From Torpedo marmorata (taxonomy: Eukaryota), in contig OZ360241.1 of assembly GCA_977017645.1 (NCBI GenBank), forward strand, positions 60,574,001 to 60,638,000: 64,000 bases of DNA. Direction: 5' to 3'. The translations under genes were made by a program, and so were the position numbers. Shown here in pieces: positions 36,213 through 49,555 of the stretch (position 1 is the stretch's first letter; each line of letters begins with the position of its first letter). A model generated the notes under the pieces. That model was not told the DNA's origin and did no database searches. It saw only the letters and a program-made list of their open reading frames with translations.

Positions 36213-37789
36213 CCTTTTCCCAAAGATATGGGAGTCTAAAACTAGAGGGCATAGATTTAAGATGAGAGGGGAAAGATTTAAAGGGAACATGAGGGCCACC
36301 TTTTTAAAACAGAGAATAGTGGGTATATGAAGGAAATGGTAGAGGTAGGTACAATTAACAAATTAAGACATTTCGATAGGAACATGGATATGAAAGGTTT
36401 AGAGGGATATGAGCCAAATATAGGCAAATGTGACGAGCTCAGGTAGATAGCTTGGTTACCATGCACAAGTTGGGCAAAGTTTCCTTACTGTAAAACTCAA
36501 ACCCTAGAAAATGGCTATAAACACATTGGATCTGTGCTTTCCCCAGTCTCAGATACTGGGATGACCTCCTTAAAATCTTGGTTTTGGAGAGTATTAATCT
36601 GCCAGCTAATTGAAACTATCAGAATATGAGTTCAATTACATGTTGATCTCCAAAAATGACATCACTTACCCTGAGCAGAACTCAAATCCTACCCTGAGTA
36701 AGTTTGTGTGTCAACATTTTGTTATAAGGTGGCCTTGGTCAAATTGATCCTGAGACGACACAAAAAAACCCATAAAAACTCAACTGGTTCACGTTAAACA
36801 TGCCTTGTTAATGAAGATTTTTAAAGGAAAATTATTTTCAGGAACCAATTTCTTCATTTGGGAGCCTTCATTTATTGTTTCCTCTCGTGTGAGTGATCAG
36901 CGAGCTACCCGTGTTGGGTCCTGGCATGGTTTTGCTGGTGAACTATATCGATATTGGCATTAGCAGTGATTATTAAATCAGTCTTTGTGTCAGAATATCA
37001 ATAATTACATCATTTGGCGAGCAAATTATCAATGCTGCACCACAGTATGTCCTGACTATAACACCTCATCTGAATTGTAATCCCTCTGCAAAGGAGAACA
37101 TTGAAACATGTTGGTACCATGACGTGTAGCTAAAAAATATAGTGCCTAGAATGACAGAAAGAAAGCACAGGAAGAAGTCGCTTGGCCCATTTTGCCTGAG
37201 AAAGAATTAGCTAATCAATTCATTACTGTCCCTTTTCCTGTCTCCTATATTTTTCGCCCATCAAGTATCCATCCAATTTCCTCTGAGAAATCATTAAGGA
37301 ATCAGACTTTCAGTCAGAGTACTCTACTCATTACAAACTGTTACTTGATGTTGCTAACTCTTGCACAGAAAGCTCCCACAACAAAATTGTGTTGTCCGGA
37401 TAATTATTTAAATGTTGCTTGTTGAGGAATAAACATTGGCCAGCACCAAGGAGAAGAACCTCTCTTTCTTCAAATTAGGACCCTCTATTTCCCTCTGAGA
37501 GGTGACTGTACTTAGGGCTTCAGTGTACATTACTTCCAGAAAATACCTTGAACAGCGCAGCACTTTTGGTACTATATTGGGAAGTCCACCTGGATACTGC
37601 AGTCAACTTTCCATTGGGGAACTTGAACCCATAGTCTTCTGACTGCACTAAAAGTACTACCCTCAACCAAACCCAGTGCGCTAGCTTTCAGAACCAGCAA
37701 ATGGGAAAACTTGCAATTTATTGCCTCCAAAACCATTGGCCAAATTCAACATTCTATTTAGTTGAGATACTGGGGTTAACACGACACAG

Positions 37790-38330
37790 AGACTCACAAT
37801 GCCATTCATAAAAGTGCAGAAGAAACTCAACAGGTCACAGGGAAGAGTAACCAAAGTTTCGGGCCTGAGCCCGAATGAGGTGTGATCTGCTGAGTTTCTC
37901 CAGCACTACAATCCTAGTGTCTGCAGACTTTACTGTTCAAAACCATTCACCTCTATTTAGTGCTGCTAGTCCTCCAACACTGGCCTGGAATGTCTAGGAG
38001 TTAAAAGTTAATGTAACAAGCAACAATACAAAGACAACTTCACAGTGACAATGAACAATCAACAATCAGGAAAGATTGTTCTGATGAAGGGTAGCAGGGT
38101 TGAAACTTTGGCTGTTTCTCTTCCCAGAGATGCTGCCTGACCTGCTGAGTTTCTTCAGGTTTTTTTTTCAGATTTCCAGCATCTGCAGGTTTCTTTTTTT
38201 CATTAAAAACCCTTTGTAACACTGCAAGTGAGGTTTGAAGAAAGAACATCAAATTGGAACATTAATGCTCTTTCTTTCCCCACAGGAGCAGGTCAAACTT
38301 TGTTCTTATTTCAGATTTCCAGTATTCACT
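37790..38330 (+). mobile_element. Cluster of Penelope-derived terminal fragments
   Basis: CTGATGAAGGG..GAAAC...GATGCTGCCTGACCTGCTGAGTTTCT..AG...TTCCAGCATCTGCAG; further copies at 15675-15750, 39065-39320, 53015-53145 and 55555-55660. Confidence 0.7.
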
Positions 38331-39682
38331 TTTGTGGTCTAACAATGTGTTATGATAAAAACTTTGAACTCACAATATTCCAACTCCATCAGTGCACCAT
38401 AGCTCACATTGTTAGTATACATCAGTAAATTGGGCCATGTGGACATCTGAGAAGTTACAGGGAACACAAGACCAGGACTGTACCGTATCAAGAACATTCA
38501 GTAACTAAATGGGGGTTTCCATCAGTTGTTGGGCAACTGATAGCATCTGAGTAGGTGATCTCCTGCAGCCATATTGTGTTGTGGAAGTGACTATCCACTT
38601 ACATGATCATGTCTCTTACATATACTTAGTAGAAATGCTGGCTTAACACAGCCTAACATAATTCAAAGTGAGAGAACCAAGTGCGATCTGTGTTACACTG
38701 CATCCCTGGTTTGTGTAATGTTACTTGCACATCAGAAACAGTGCAAATTCATATTTATAGCTTGCTCCTCAGAAGTATCTGGGTACTTCACAAGGGGGTG
38801 AATGCTGTCACTTTACTGGAAAGAGCTGGCAGCCCAGGCAATCAATTTCAGCACAGTGAGCTCCAACTAATAACAATGAAAATAGTAATCAGATGATCAG
38901 TTATTTGTTGAGATATAAAAGAAGAGGAACAAGAAGAAAAATACTCCTGCACATCTTTAAATAATGCTAAAGGGGCTTTGGCATGAGAGTGTATCATTCC
39001 AAACCTTCCCTTTGTTTTCTCTTTTCCTTTCTTTTCAATTTAAAATTGGTTTATTTCTGTTTTTTTTCTGTTCTGAAGAAAGGTCACTGCACTGAAATGT
39101 GAACTCTGTTTGTCTCTAAACATGTACTGCCTAGGTTGCAGAGAATTTCCAACATTATTTGTTTTTATCTCAGTTTAATGTCTTATCCACGCTATACTCC
39201 AGACAAGGCAACTTAAAAACTGAAGAAGTTCCAGTTTCAACCACAAAGGATAATTCTATTTCTCTTTTCACACTTGCTGACTGACCAGCGGAGCATTTCT
39301 AATGTTTTCTATTTTATTTTGGCCGAGAAACTGAAGAGGAATTGACTCGAAGGCCAGGGGACATTGCAATGAGCTACAACAGACACCCAACGCAGCACAG
39401 GCAGGGCTATTGTCCTGGGTCAGGAACAATCCTGTAATCCTGTAATAACAAATAACTGGGGAAAAATAGAGAGGAATAGAGGGATTTTATGGAAGATACA
39501 GGAAGAGGGTGGGAGGTGACATATATAGATCAGAAGCACTAGCATGAAGCTGGGGGGCTGAGTGGCCTGTGTTTTATGTTCTGTGTGATGTAAGATTTTC
39601 TTGATCCTCTCTTTGGTTTCCCTATGTTAAATAGAATCTGTCACTCATAAGTAATGTCCCCCACAACAGCCCATTCTATATG

Positions 39683-39892
39683 CAGTAAAACCCCTGGTAT
39701 CCAGCACCTATGGGGATTGGTAGATGCTGGATAAGTGTATTTGCCAGTTGCTTGTTGCATGATTGACGAACTAACGGTGAGGCTTGCCAATTTTAAACTT
39801 CTGTACTTTTACATATTTATTTTCTGCACTTTTTTTTGCCGGTTGCTTGAGGCTGCCAGTTGCTTGAATTCTGGATAACAGGGGTTTTACTG
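39683..39892. mobile_element. MITE, pogo/Tigger-like
   Basis: TIRs CAGTAAAACCCCTGGTATCCAG / CTGGATAACAGGGGTTTTACTG; flanks TG / TA. Confidence 0.88.
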
Positions 39893-42463
39893 TAGAGGGA
39901 AACAACAATTAAATAGTATCTTCTTACAACCCTTGAATGACCCAAAGATATTCATAGCTGAAGAATGATTTGTTTAATGGGGTCACAATGGTGAATATAA
40001 CAGCCAATCTTATGCAGAGTAAGATCCAACAAGCAGGAAGTGAGATGAGAGAGCAGGTCATTTAACAAATCCAGGGAAGTAGGCCAAGATAACTTGGCAA
40101 ACACAAAATCCCTGAGAAGGGGTTTGCAATGGAACTGAATGGATTACTCCTCATTGCATTTAATTTGGAAAAAAAAAGAGTATTTCATTAAGTAATGAGT
40201 TTCTTTATCCATTGAAGAGGCTGGGTTTCCTAGCTATCTGTTTCTTGCATTTGGTGTAATTGCTAACATAAAAATGAATAATTTATGGATTTTTTAAGCC
40301 TTCGTTCTTCGCCATTGCCTTTGACAGCCGGCCTGGACCCTGACTAAAGATAGCTTCTGCATCCCGTTGGATAAAGTCTCCTTCCTCCGCTCAGCCAGGA
40401 CCATAAAAATCCAGGGCTGAATTAAATTACATCTTTAAAAAAACGTTTATCTGTCCAACAAAGTGGTTTGAAAGTCTTGGCACTTAGGAATAATTTCTTT
40501 CTCCAGTTACATGATACAATTCAGCAGTGTAAACTATGGGATTTTTCTGGTTTTAACTCTTTCAGATTCAGCTGAAAAATAAACATGAACATTGTAGAGT
40601 ACTTACTAACTCCATCAGTGTTCTCCATCTACTAAACAAATTGCAAAAACTTTCCAAGGCTACTCCTATAATACCTTCCAAACCCATGGCCACTACCACT
40701 AAGAACAAGGAAAAACGGCACGGGAAACTTGCATGTTTCCCCTCCACCTCATCATCCTAACTTGGAAATATAAATCCTGGAATTTCATCACCAGCAGCAC
40801 TATTGAGAGCACCTTCATCACACAGACTGCAGCTCCTCGTCATCTTCTTGGGGACCAATGCATTAGCGTTCTCATCTCACTCCCTGTGAGTACTTGGAAG
40901 GGAAATCAATGGGCAAACTTGGTACAGAAGATTCACTGCCTGAGAAAACTGATGATCTAACCAAAAGACTGAATACAGCAATAACAGTCATACTGCAAAG
41001 GCTTAAGATAAGGCAGTAATGGGTGGGGAACTTTCATGACACACACAACTCACAAAGTCAATGAAAAGAAGGTGAATGACACTGCTGAATAAATTCTGTG
41101 TAGTTTGACAGCCAAAATCAATAGGTAGGTATGGGGACTACAATATATGATGAGCCTCTGTCTGTTAAATGGAATGTTGGTAGCTCACTGACCTAGTGAT
41201 GTCTGCTCATTTCAATAATTTCAGCGTGCAGCCGATTTCAACTGTACTGTTAGTTACATCATTATAAGGCTAGTATCATAAGTGGCTAGCGCTTGTTTAC
41301 TCCTCTTCAATGAGAGCTGCATTGTAGCTGGTGCAGAGGCTGGCAGGCACTATAAGGGAGAGAATGATCTGGGAAGCTATGAAGCTATGAGAACAGCTTG
41401 AACAACTAGGTCCACAAAGGTTTGAAGACAGGAAGGAGCAATGGCATCAGCAGAAGGTCCTGTGGAGATGCACAGAGAGGATGGAGGGAAATGGATGTAT
41501 TGGCATGCCCTCATCTCCATGCAGGAGTACTGAATAACATTGGGACATTTGTTACTGCAATCATGGACAGCGGAGAAGCTGAAATTGTCCTATATGACTG
41601 TTGCCTCTTACCTGATCCTCCTCTTCCAACACACCTCCCCATTGCTTCTGGTTTATAAGCTGTAGATTGTGTGCGCATGCACCTCTTATTTTTTCTGCTC
41701 ACCTCTTTCTCACTCCCTCACACCAGACCCTTGTGCTTTTCTTCACTTTAATCACTCAGGAAATGCACCACAGGAAGAGAAAGAAGCCAATGTTTTTTTA
41801 AAAATATTTTATTTAAAATTTTAAATCACAAAATACATAAGGTAAAATATAAAATTATCAAAATACATTGTGATACATTTTCACCCCCCCTCCCACCCTC
41901 CCCTCCCTAACCCGCCCATCCCTACTAATCTATAAAATAAAAAGAAAAAGAAAAGAAAAAGATGAGATAAAAAAAGATAGAATAAGGAGAATGTCAAACT
42001 AAAAATTACATCTGTAAACTAATTTTATTATGGAGGTTAGGTTCGCCAGTCAGATCCGATGTCCAGAGATCTTCAAATCCTTAAACCGACAACTTTCATA
42101 TATGGGCTCCAAATTTTTTAAAAGAAATGATATTTATTACGTAAATTGTAAGTAATTTTTTCAAGTGGTTTTCATGAATGAAGTTCTGCATGCCATCTTT
42201 CTAATCCTAAATCTACATCAGATTTCCATGTAATAGCAATACATTTCTTTGAAACAGCTAAAGCAATTCGCAAAAATTCTATTTGATACATATTTAATTT
42301 CATCTTAATACTAAATTTTCTAATATCTCCAAACAGAAATATCATAGGGTCCATTGGGAATGTGATTTTTAATACTTTGTCTAAAATTTTTTTAACTTTC
42401 AACCAAAAATCATAAACTTTTGGACAAAATCATGTAGAATGTACAAAAGAACCTTCCTCTCTA

Positions 42464-42886
42464 CTACCCGCAAACTGGAGGAACAACATCTCATATTCCG
42501 TCTCGGCACTCTCCAGCCAGATGGAATTAACATTGACTTTTCTGCTTTCCACTAAACCTGCTTGTTGTTCCCTTCCCCTCCCCCCTCACCTGTCCTTCCT
42601 GTGTTTCTCCAGCTACCCAGCCATCCCTCCTCCCCCTCTTTGCTACTGTCCCCTCCCTCCTGTCTCCACCTATTATCTTCTGCCTTTCCCACCCACCCTT
42701 CCCCCCTCACTCCTTTGTTCGGACGTCTGCCGGCATTTTCTCATACTTTGAAGAAGGGCTCAAGCCTGAAACGTCAGTTATGTATTTCTACCTTTGCTAC
42801 ATAAAAGACACTGTTTGACCTGCTGAGTTCTCCAGCATTTGTGTTTTTTACTACATTATTACGGTGTCTACAGATTTTCGTGTTTA
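42464..42886 (+). mobile_element. Penelope-like element 3' end nested in L1, 11-bp TSD
   Basis: Encodes RKLEEQHLIFRLGTLQPDGINIDF (PLE GIY-YIG endonuclease C-terminus); TSD CTTCCTCTCTA at 42453-42463 and 42887-42897. Confidence 0.9.
42745..42778 (+). ncRNA. Minimal type I hammerhead ribozyme-like motif (U3 variant) in the PLE terminus
   Basis: ACT-TTGAAGA-AGG-gctcaag-CCT-GAAA-CG-TC-AGT: stem I ACT/AGT, stem II AGG/CCT, palindromic ACGT stem III; predicted cleavage after C42775. Confidence 0.6.
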
Positions 42887-45127
42887 CTTCCTCTCTATTA
42901 CATCTAAAACATAAACCTGATAATGTTGCATTGAATTTCTTTAACTTTTTAGGTGTTAAATATAATTGATGAAAAAAATTATATTGTACTAGTCTATATC
43001 TAACATTAATAATCTTCGTCATACTTAGTTTACATAATTCTTTCCAATGATCTTCATCTATTGTTACATTCAAATCTAATTCCCACTTTAATCTTGATTT
43101 ATGAATTCCTACTTTAGGAATTTTTCTCTGAAACAATCTGTACATTTGAGAAATAAATTTATTTGCATCTCCCTTAGTAACTAATAATTCTAATTCATTC
43201 TGTCTTGGTAAAATCAAACTATAACCTAATTTCCCAACCAAAAATGCTCTAATTTGGTAATAAGCAAAAAGTGTATTATCCAATATATTAAATTTATCTT
43301 TCATTCTTTGAAAAGTAATAAGTTTACCAGCTTCAAAACAATCATTTATTTTCTTAATTCCTTTTTGAAACCAAATTTTAAATAATTGATTATTAACAGT
43401 AAATGGAATAAGTTCATTTTGATATAGAGGCATTTTTGGAGAAATTGATCCTTTTCCTCCTATTTCCTTATCCGCTTTGTTCCATGTTTCTAGCAAATGT
43501 TTAAAGATAGGAGAATTTTTCCTTCTTGTCGATATTAATTTAGAATTCCATTTATAAATAACTTCTTCTTTGGAATCTTCTCCTATATTATTTAATTATA
43601 TTCTAATCCAGGTGGAAGATTTAGTTAAATCAAAAAGTTCATTAACAAATTTTAATTGAGCTGCTTTATAATAATTTTGAAAGTTAGGAAGTTGTAAACC
43701 TCCCATTTCTTAGTTCCAAGTTAATTTCTCTATACCTACCCTAGCCAACTTTCCTTTCCACAAAAACTTCCTAATAATTGAGTTTAGATCTTTAAAATTT
43801 TTTTGAGGAATTTCATAAGGAATTGATTGAAAGAGATATTGAATTGTTGGAAAAACATTCATTTTGATACAATTTACCCTTCCCATTAAAGTTATAGGTA
43901 AATCCTTCCAACTCTCTAAATCTTTTTTAATTTTCATAAACAATGGTAAATAATTTAATTTATATAAATTAACTAATTTTGTATCAATCTTTATTCCCAA
44001 ATATTTAATTCCTTCTTTTGACCATTTAAATTGTGTAATTTCTTTACATTTACTGTAATCCCCTTGCGTTAATGCCATAATTTCACTTTTATCAGAATTA
44101 ATCTTATAACCAGATATTTCCCCATATTCTCTCAATAAAGCAGTCAATTGTACTAAAGAAGTAATAGGTTTTGTCATATATATCAATACATCATCTGCAA
44201 ATAAACTAATTTTATGCTCTTCCCTTCCAACTTTAATACCTACAATTTTAACATCTTGTCTAACTAATTCTGCCAAAGGTTCTATCGCTAAAGTAAACAA
44301 TGCTGGTGACAAAGGACATCCTTGTCTAGTTGACCTAGTCAGAGGGTATCTTGAAGAAATTTGTCCATTTGTAACTACTTTAGCAGATGGTTCTTTATAT
44401 ATAGTTTTAATCCAGTTAATAAATGTAGTTCCAAAACCAAATTTCTCCAATACCTTGAATAAAAAATTCCACTCTAATCTATCAAAAGCCTTTAAAGAAG
44501 CCAATGTTGAAGAAGACACATAGTTGTATAATTTCATACTTGCAGACACCAGAATTTCAAAGAAAGCACAGAGGTGGAATCAGAACGATGGGAATTTTAG
44601 CATGTGATGGAGGGTTTGGCAAATTCATCAGAGACGAGGATTTAAATAGTAGCATATAAAGGCCTGATACCCATGTGTAATTAAAGGTTTGGTGCTTTGC
44701 AAAGTCTGCCAGGAAGCTAGTATCCAGTATCAAGGATCACAGAGAAGTTGGCATAGGGTCAACAGAGCTTTTAGCCCATACTTTCTAATGTGGAAGTGAT
44801 AGTCAATTCTGTATTTACATTTGCAAACCCAATTATTCAATGACTACTGGGGCATTTTACATTCCAACATTAATGGCAACTACCCAATGTCTAATTGGTA
44901 CACTGAAAGCTCAGATTGTAGCCATTGTGGCTGTGAATTACAGCAGACTATTGTTGAACATTCAAAAACCGATTTACTGCTGCATTGGAATATATCGGAT
45001 TCATTCCAATGGTGAATAACAGACCTTGTGTTTGTCAGTATGAAATTCCTTCAGCTGTGTGAACTTTAAGCCATTTATTGTTTATGTGCTCAATGTAACT
45101 AGTCACACTTACATTATATTTATTATT

Positions 45128-45340
45128 CTGTGGCTGTGGAGGCTGCGGGAGCGCTGGAGGCAAATCAACAGACACTCAGTGACTCTGGAGGGACTCTCTT
45201 TTGCTTCTCTTTCTCTGACTGTAATGGGTGCCGGGCAATTTCTTCTGATAGCGAATCTTTGTCTGCCTTACGGTCGACTAAAGGAAATTTTGTGTAATAT
45301 CACATTTTCTGTTTTATTATATGATAATGAATCTTGAGAA
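45128..45340 (+). mobile_element. 5'-truncated copy of the non-coding (GAATCTT)n-tailed element
   Basis: Colinear with 60768-61000. Confidence 0.85.
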
Positions 45341-45359
45341 AATAATCTTGAATTAATTC

Positions 45360-47400
45360 ATTTTTTGAGATCTGAGCATTGCTGGCACAACTGGCATTTA
45401 TTGTTCATGAGAAGGTAGTGGTGATTGCCTTATTAAACCACCTTCGTGAAAGTGCTTCCACAAGGTAGTGGGAAGGGCATTTCAGGATTCAAACCCAGTG
45501 ACCGGACCTGCAATATATATTCAAGTGAGGACGGTGTGCCACTTTGAAAGGAAACTGCAGGTAGTGTTGTTCCTGAGCACTTGTTTTCCTTCTGCTTCTT
45601 GATGGTAGAGGCCATGGTTTGGGAGGTGTTAACAGAATAGCATATGGAAGTAATGATAGCATTTAGCACATTCTGCACCCAATGTGGGCTAAGGGAAGAG
45701 GAAATCAATGGTTAGACTGGTGTCACAGTCCCGACTTGTGCTTTGTAGCTGGTGGTAAGGGTTTTGTGTCTCAGGAGAATACTCAGTTTTTGACTTCCTC
45801 GTGTAACCACAGGCTGGCGCAGTTGAAGTTCTGGTCAGTGAAGACCCCAGGTTGTTGATGGTAGGAAATTCACAATAGTCATGCCATTTAATGTTAAGAG
45901 AATCTCCATTGTTGAGATGGTCATTGCTTGGCACTTCTGTGGGTAATGTTATTCAACATTTATCAGCCCATTCCTGAATGGCTCCTTGCTACACTGGAAC
46001 CTCTACCAGCATGCTTCATGTGCTGATGAGTTGTGAATAGAATTGAACATTGGACAATCATCAGTGAACACTCTCACTTTGACCTTGTGCTGAAGGAAAA
46101 TCATTAATGAGACACCTTACGATTGTTATGTCTGATGTCGTGAAGAACTCCTGCAATGTGGTCCTGGGACTGAGGCAATTAATTGCCAACACCTACAATC
46201 ATCTTCCTTCGTACACATTCTGCCTCTAACTATTGGAATGATTCCCCTTTAAGATTCAAGATTCCTTTATTGTCATGTAATAAAAACAGTGCAATAGGAC
46301 ATGGAATTTTATTTCATTGCAGACAGATTCAACATCGGCAGAAACTGCCTGAAGCGCCTCTTACAGTCAGAGAAAGAGAAGCAAATGAGAGTTCCCTCAG
46401 AGTCACCGAGTGTCCGTGGATTCACCTCCAGCGCTGCCGCAGCCCCTGCAGCCTCTCAGAGTCCAGTCCAAACCATCAGCAGCCCGAGCTCGTGATCCAA
46501 ACCTCTGACACGATCAGGAACATTCAGCGCCCTCAGCACCCTCTAGCATCCCGGTTCAAATACCTGTTACCCCTTCAGCTAGTCTCGAGCCAGTCTCCAG
46601 CAGTCCGCGGCCTGGTGTGAATCCCTCGACTGCAGATGCCAGCAGCCCGCAGCCTTTATACGTGATCAGAATCAGAATCAGAATCAGAATTTATTGTCAT
46701 GAACAAGTCATGAAATTCGATGACTTCACTTTTACAGAATTCCTTGATGCCACAGTGAGTCAAATGCTGCCTTAATGTTAGGATAGTTGTTCTCACCTCT
46801 CTGCTGGAATTCTACTCTGGTCCATGAGTCTGGAGCCAAGGGGTCCCTGGGACAATCCATACTGGGCACCAGTTAGCAGGTTATTGGTGAGTGATAGTCG
46901 CATGATAGCACAGTTGACTATCTTTCATCACTTTGCTGGTGATTGTCAGTGGAATGATTGGGCGGTAATTAGCTGGATTGGATTTGTTCCTGCTGTTTAT
47001 GAACAGGTCATACCTGGGCTATTTTCCACATTGCTGGGGGACGTCAATCTTGTAACTATATTGGCAGCGCTTCGCTAGAGATATGGTTATTTCTGGATGG
47101 CAGGTCTTCAGCTGGGAAGTTACTAGCCCCATAGCCTTTGCTATATACTGTGCCAACAGGTGTTTCTTGACATCATGTGGAGTGAATCAAATTGACTGGA
47201 TTTCCTTCTGTGGCTGTGTGCTCTCATTAAGAAATTAAGATGGATCCTCCACTGGGCATCACTTTAGCCTTTTCTTTAGCTCTCAGATTGTGTATCATTG
47301 AGGATGGGATGTTCCTCGAGCCTCCTCTTTCCGTCAGCTGTTTATTTGTCCAAGATCATCCACAGCTAGATATGGCAGGACTGCAGTGCTTTCATTCTGC
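45360..47400 (-). mobile_element. Ancient non-LTR retrotransposon relic with younger inserts at 46251-46725
   Basis: Begins like 7855-8400; decayed RT-like text continues after 46725; family and strand tentative. Confidence 0.5.
46251..46655 (-). mobile_element. 5'-truncated copy of the non-coding (GAATCTT)n-tailed element
   Basis: Reverse complement of ~60575-61000; starts AAGATTCAAGATTC.TTTATTGTCATG. A tail-only Rex1 stub follows at ~46665-46720 (another at ~48040-48075). Confidence 0.85.
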
Positions 47401-48806
47401 CTCATAAAGAATCACAGTACAACCTTTCACCATCCATATCAATTAATTCTATCAGCATTTCATATTCTGTGGCTCCACTGCACACCAGGGTATGAGAATT
47501 CTGGGATCCATCTATCCAGGTATACCCCACAATACTGTGTGGCTCACATGTTGTCAATAGGAGAAATCGTAGAAAATGACTTTACACAAGGATTTGAAAG
47601 GGGTTAAAAGAGTTCTGACCGGTATCCTTGCCAATATTTACTATTCACTATTATATACTCTTCACTACTGCTTTGTGTCTAGCGGGGCCATTCTGAGTGT
47701 TAACAGCTTCCTGAACTGCTGACAGGCTCTGTATAAAATTCTCTACAGGAATCCACACCAGGTTTTCCATCATTCCACTGCAATGTTTCGGACCCCACTT
47801 GGCTGAGCAGGTTTTGAGCAGCGTGAGTGTGAGTCAGTGTGAATCTCGCTGACTCACTACAAATTTCAGTGACATGTGAAGCACAGTAAGCGGATTCCTG
47901 TGAGAAATCCTCAAGCAAAGCAAAGCGTCACTGCCGCTATATTTGGCTGCATTGCAGGAACTGTGAGTCGCAGGAAGGATAACCCGGGCAGGCGAAATCA
48001 TTGCCATCTGCACAATGCTGCCTCTAACCTGGATGGATTTCAGAATCAGAATTTATTGTCATGAACAAGTCATGAGCTCCACTCCTGCTTTTCCCCTACA
48101 CCCCTTTTGTTGGAATCGGTGTCCTCTGTCCGCTCTTGAAGACTGAGTAATAAAGAACTTCAATTTCTGAGGCGCCTTTCACTATTGTCAATTTGTCACG
48201 ACATCCCAAACTGCTTCATAGCCACTAAAGTTCGGTAGTTGGAAGCACTGTGGCCAACTTGTGCGCTGCCAACTCTCACAATGTGACAACCAGATAAAGT
48301 GATTTATATTGTGGTTGGGCAAGGTATAAATATATTGCCTAGGACGCAGAACTAGCTCCTTGGCTCTCTGGAATCATGGCGATGGAATATTTCACATCCA
48401 ACCAAGAGGGCGAAATGGCCTCTACTTATTAAACGCGCCGGAATTGTTAGTCTGGAAGATGCATTCAAGTATCCGGTGCGGGGTTTGAACCCTTAACCTG
48501 CTGACTTAAAGGGCACCATAGAAACAGATTCTGTTCACACTGAGCATCAACGCCCATGTACACTAACTCTATATTAATTCCATGTTTTATTTTCCCTGCA
48601 TTCTGGTCAATTCCCCTACATTTCAGACACTTAAGGGTAATTTACAGCAGTCAATTAACATCATTGGTACATGAGAGGAAACTGAATCATCTGGATAAAC
48701 CCCACATGGTCACAGGGATAAAAGAAACCTGCTTTGCTGGTCTCTCCGCATAGAGAATCACAAAGACGGCAGGGGCTGGAATCTTGAGCAAACAAGTCAA
48801 GTCAAG

Positions 48807-49361
48807 GTTACAAGAGGATACAGACAGGATGCAGAGTTGGGCGGAGAAGTGGCAGATGTAGCTCAATCTGGTGCAGTGTGAGGTGATGCATTTTGGAAGG
48901 ACAAACCAGAAGGCTGAGTACAGGGTTAATGGTAGCTTACTTAAGAGTGTGGATGAACAGAGGGACCTTGGGTTCCAAATCCATACATCCCTAAAGGTCG
49001 CCGCACAGGTTGATAGGATAGTTAAGAAGGCCTATGGGATGCTGGGCTTCATTGATAGGGGGATTGAGTTCAGGTTGCAACTCTACAAATCTCTGGTGAG
49101 ACCACACTTAGAGTATTGTGTTCAGTTCTGGTCACCTCATTATAGGAAGGATGTGGAAGCTATGGAGAGGGTGCAGAGGAGATTTACCAGCATGTTACCT
49201 GGATTAGAAAATAAATGAGGCAAGGTTAGCAGAGCTGGGACTTGTCTCTTTGGAGTGTAGAAGGATGAGAGGAGACTTAATAAGAGGTCTACAAGATTAT
49301 GAGAGGCATAGATAGGGTGGACAGCCAGCGCCTGTTTCCCAGGGCAGGAATAGCAAACACC
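48807..49361 (+). mobile_element. CR1 LINE fragment
   Basis: CEVMHFGRTN...QRDLG...LYKSLVRPHLEYCVQFWSPHYRKDVEAMERVQRRFT. Confidence 0.92.
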
Positions 49362-49555
49362 AAGATTCAAGATTCAATGTATTGTCATGCAATAAAACAG
49401 TGTCATATTACACGAAATTCCTTTTGCCTGCTGTAAGGCAGACAGATTCGCCATCGGCAGAAATTGCCTGAAGTGCCTCTTACAATCAGAGAAAGAGAAG
49501 CAAAAGAGAGCCCCCCCCCAGAGTCACCCAGTGTTCATAGATTCGCCTCCAGAGA
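49362..49555 (-). mobile_element. 5'-truncated copy of the non-coding (GAATCTT)n-tailed element
   Basis: Reverse complement of ~60795-61000. Confidence 0.85.

Larger units (their letters stand above)
34698..36495 (+). mobile_element. CR1 LINE (RT to 3' end) carrying two nested insertions
   Basis: VPEDWRLANVVPLLKKGCKNKPGNY.P.SLTSVVGKLLE CR1 signature; interrupted at ~35318-35564 and ~35649-36212. Confidence 0.88.
41795..44493 (-). mobile_element. L1-clade LINE, 5'-truncated, with 15-bp TSD
   Basis: RT motifs KAFDRLEW, TRQGCPLSP, LFADDVL, IKYLGI; TSD AAAGAAGCCAATGTT at 41780-41794 and 44494-44508; interrupted by a Penelope insert. Confidence 0.95.
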
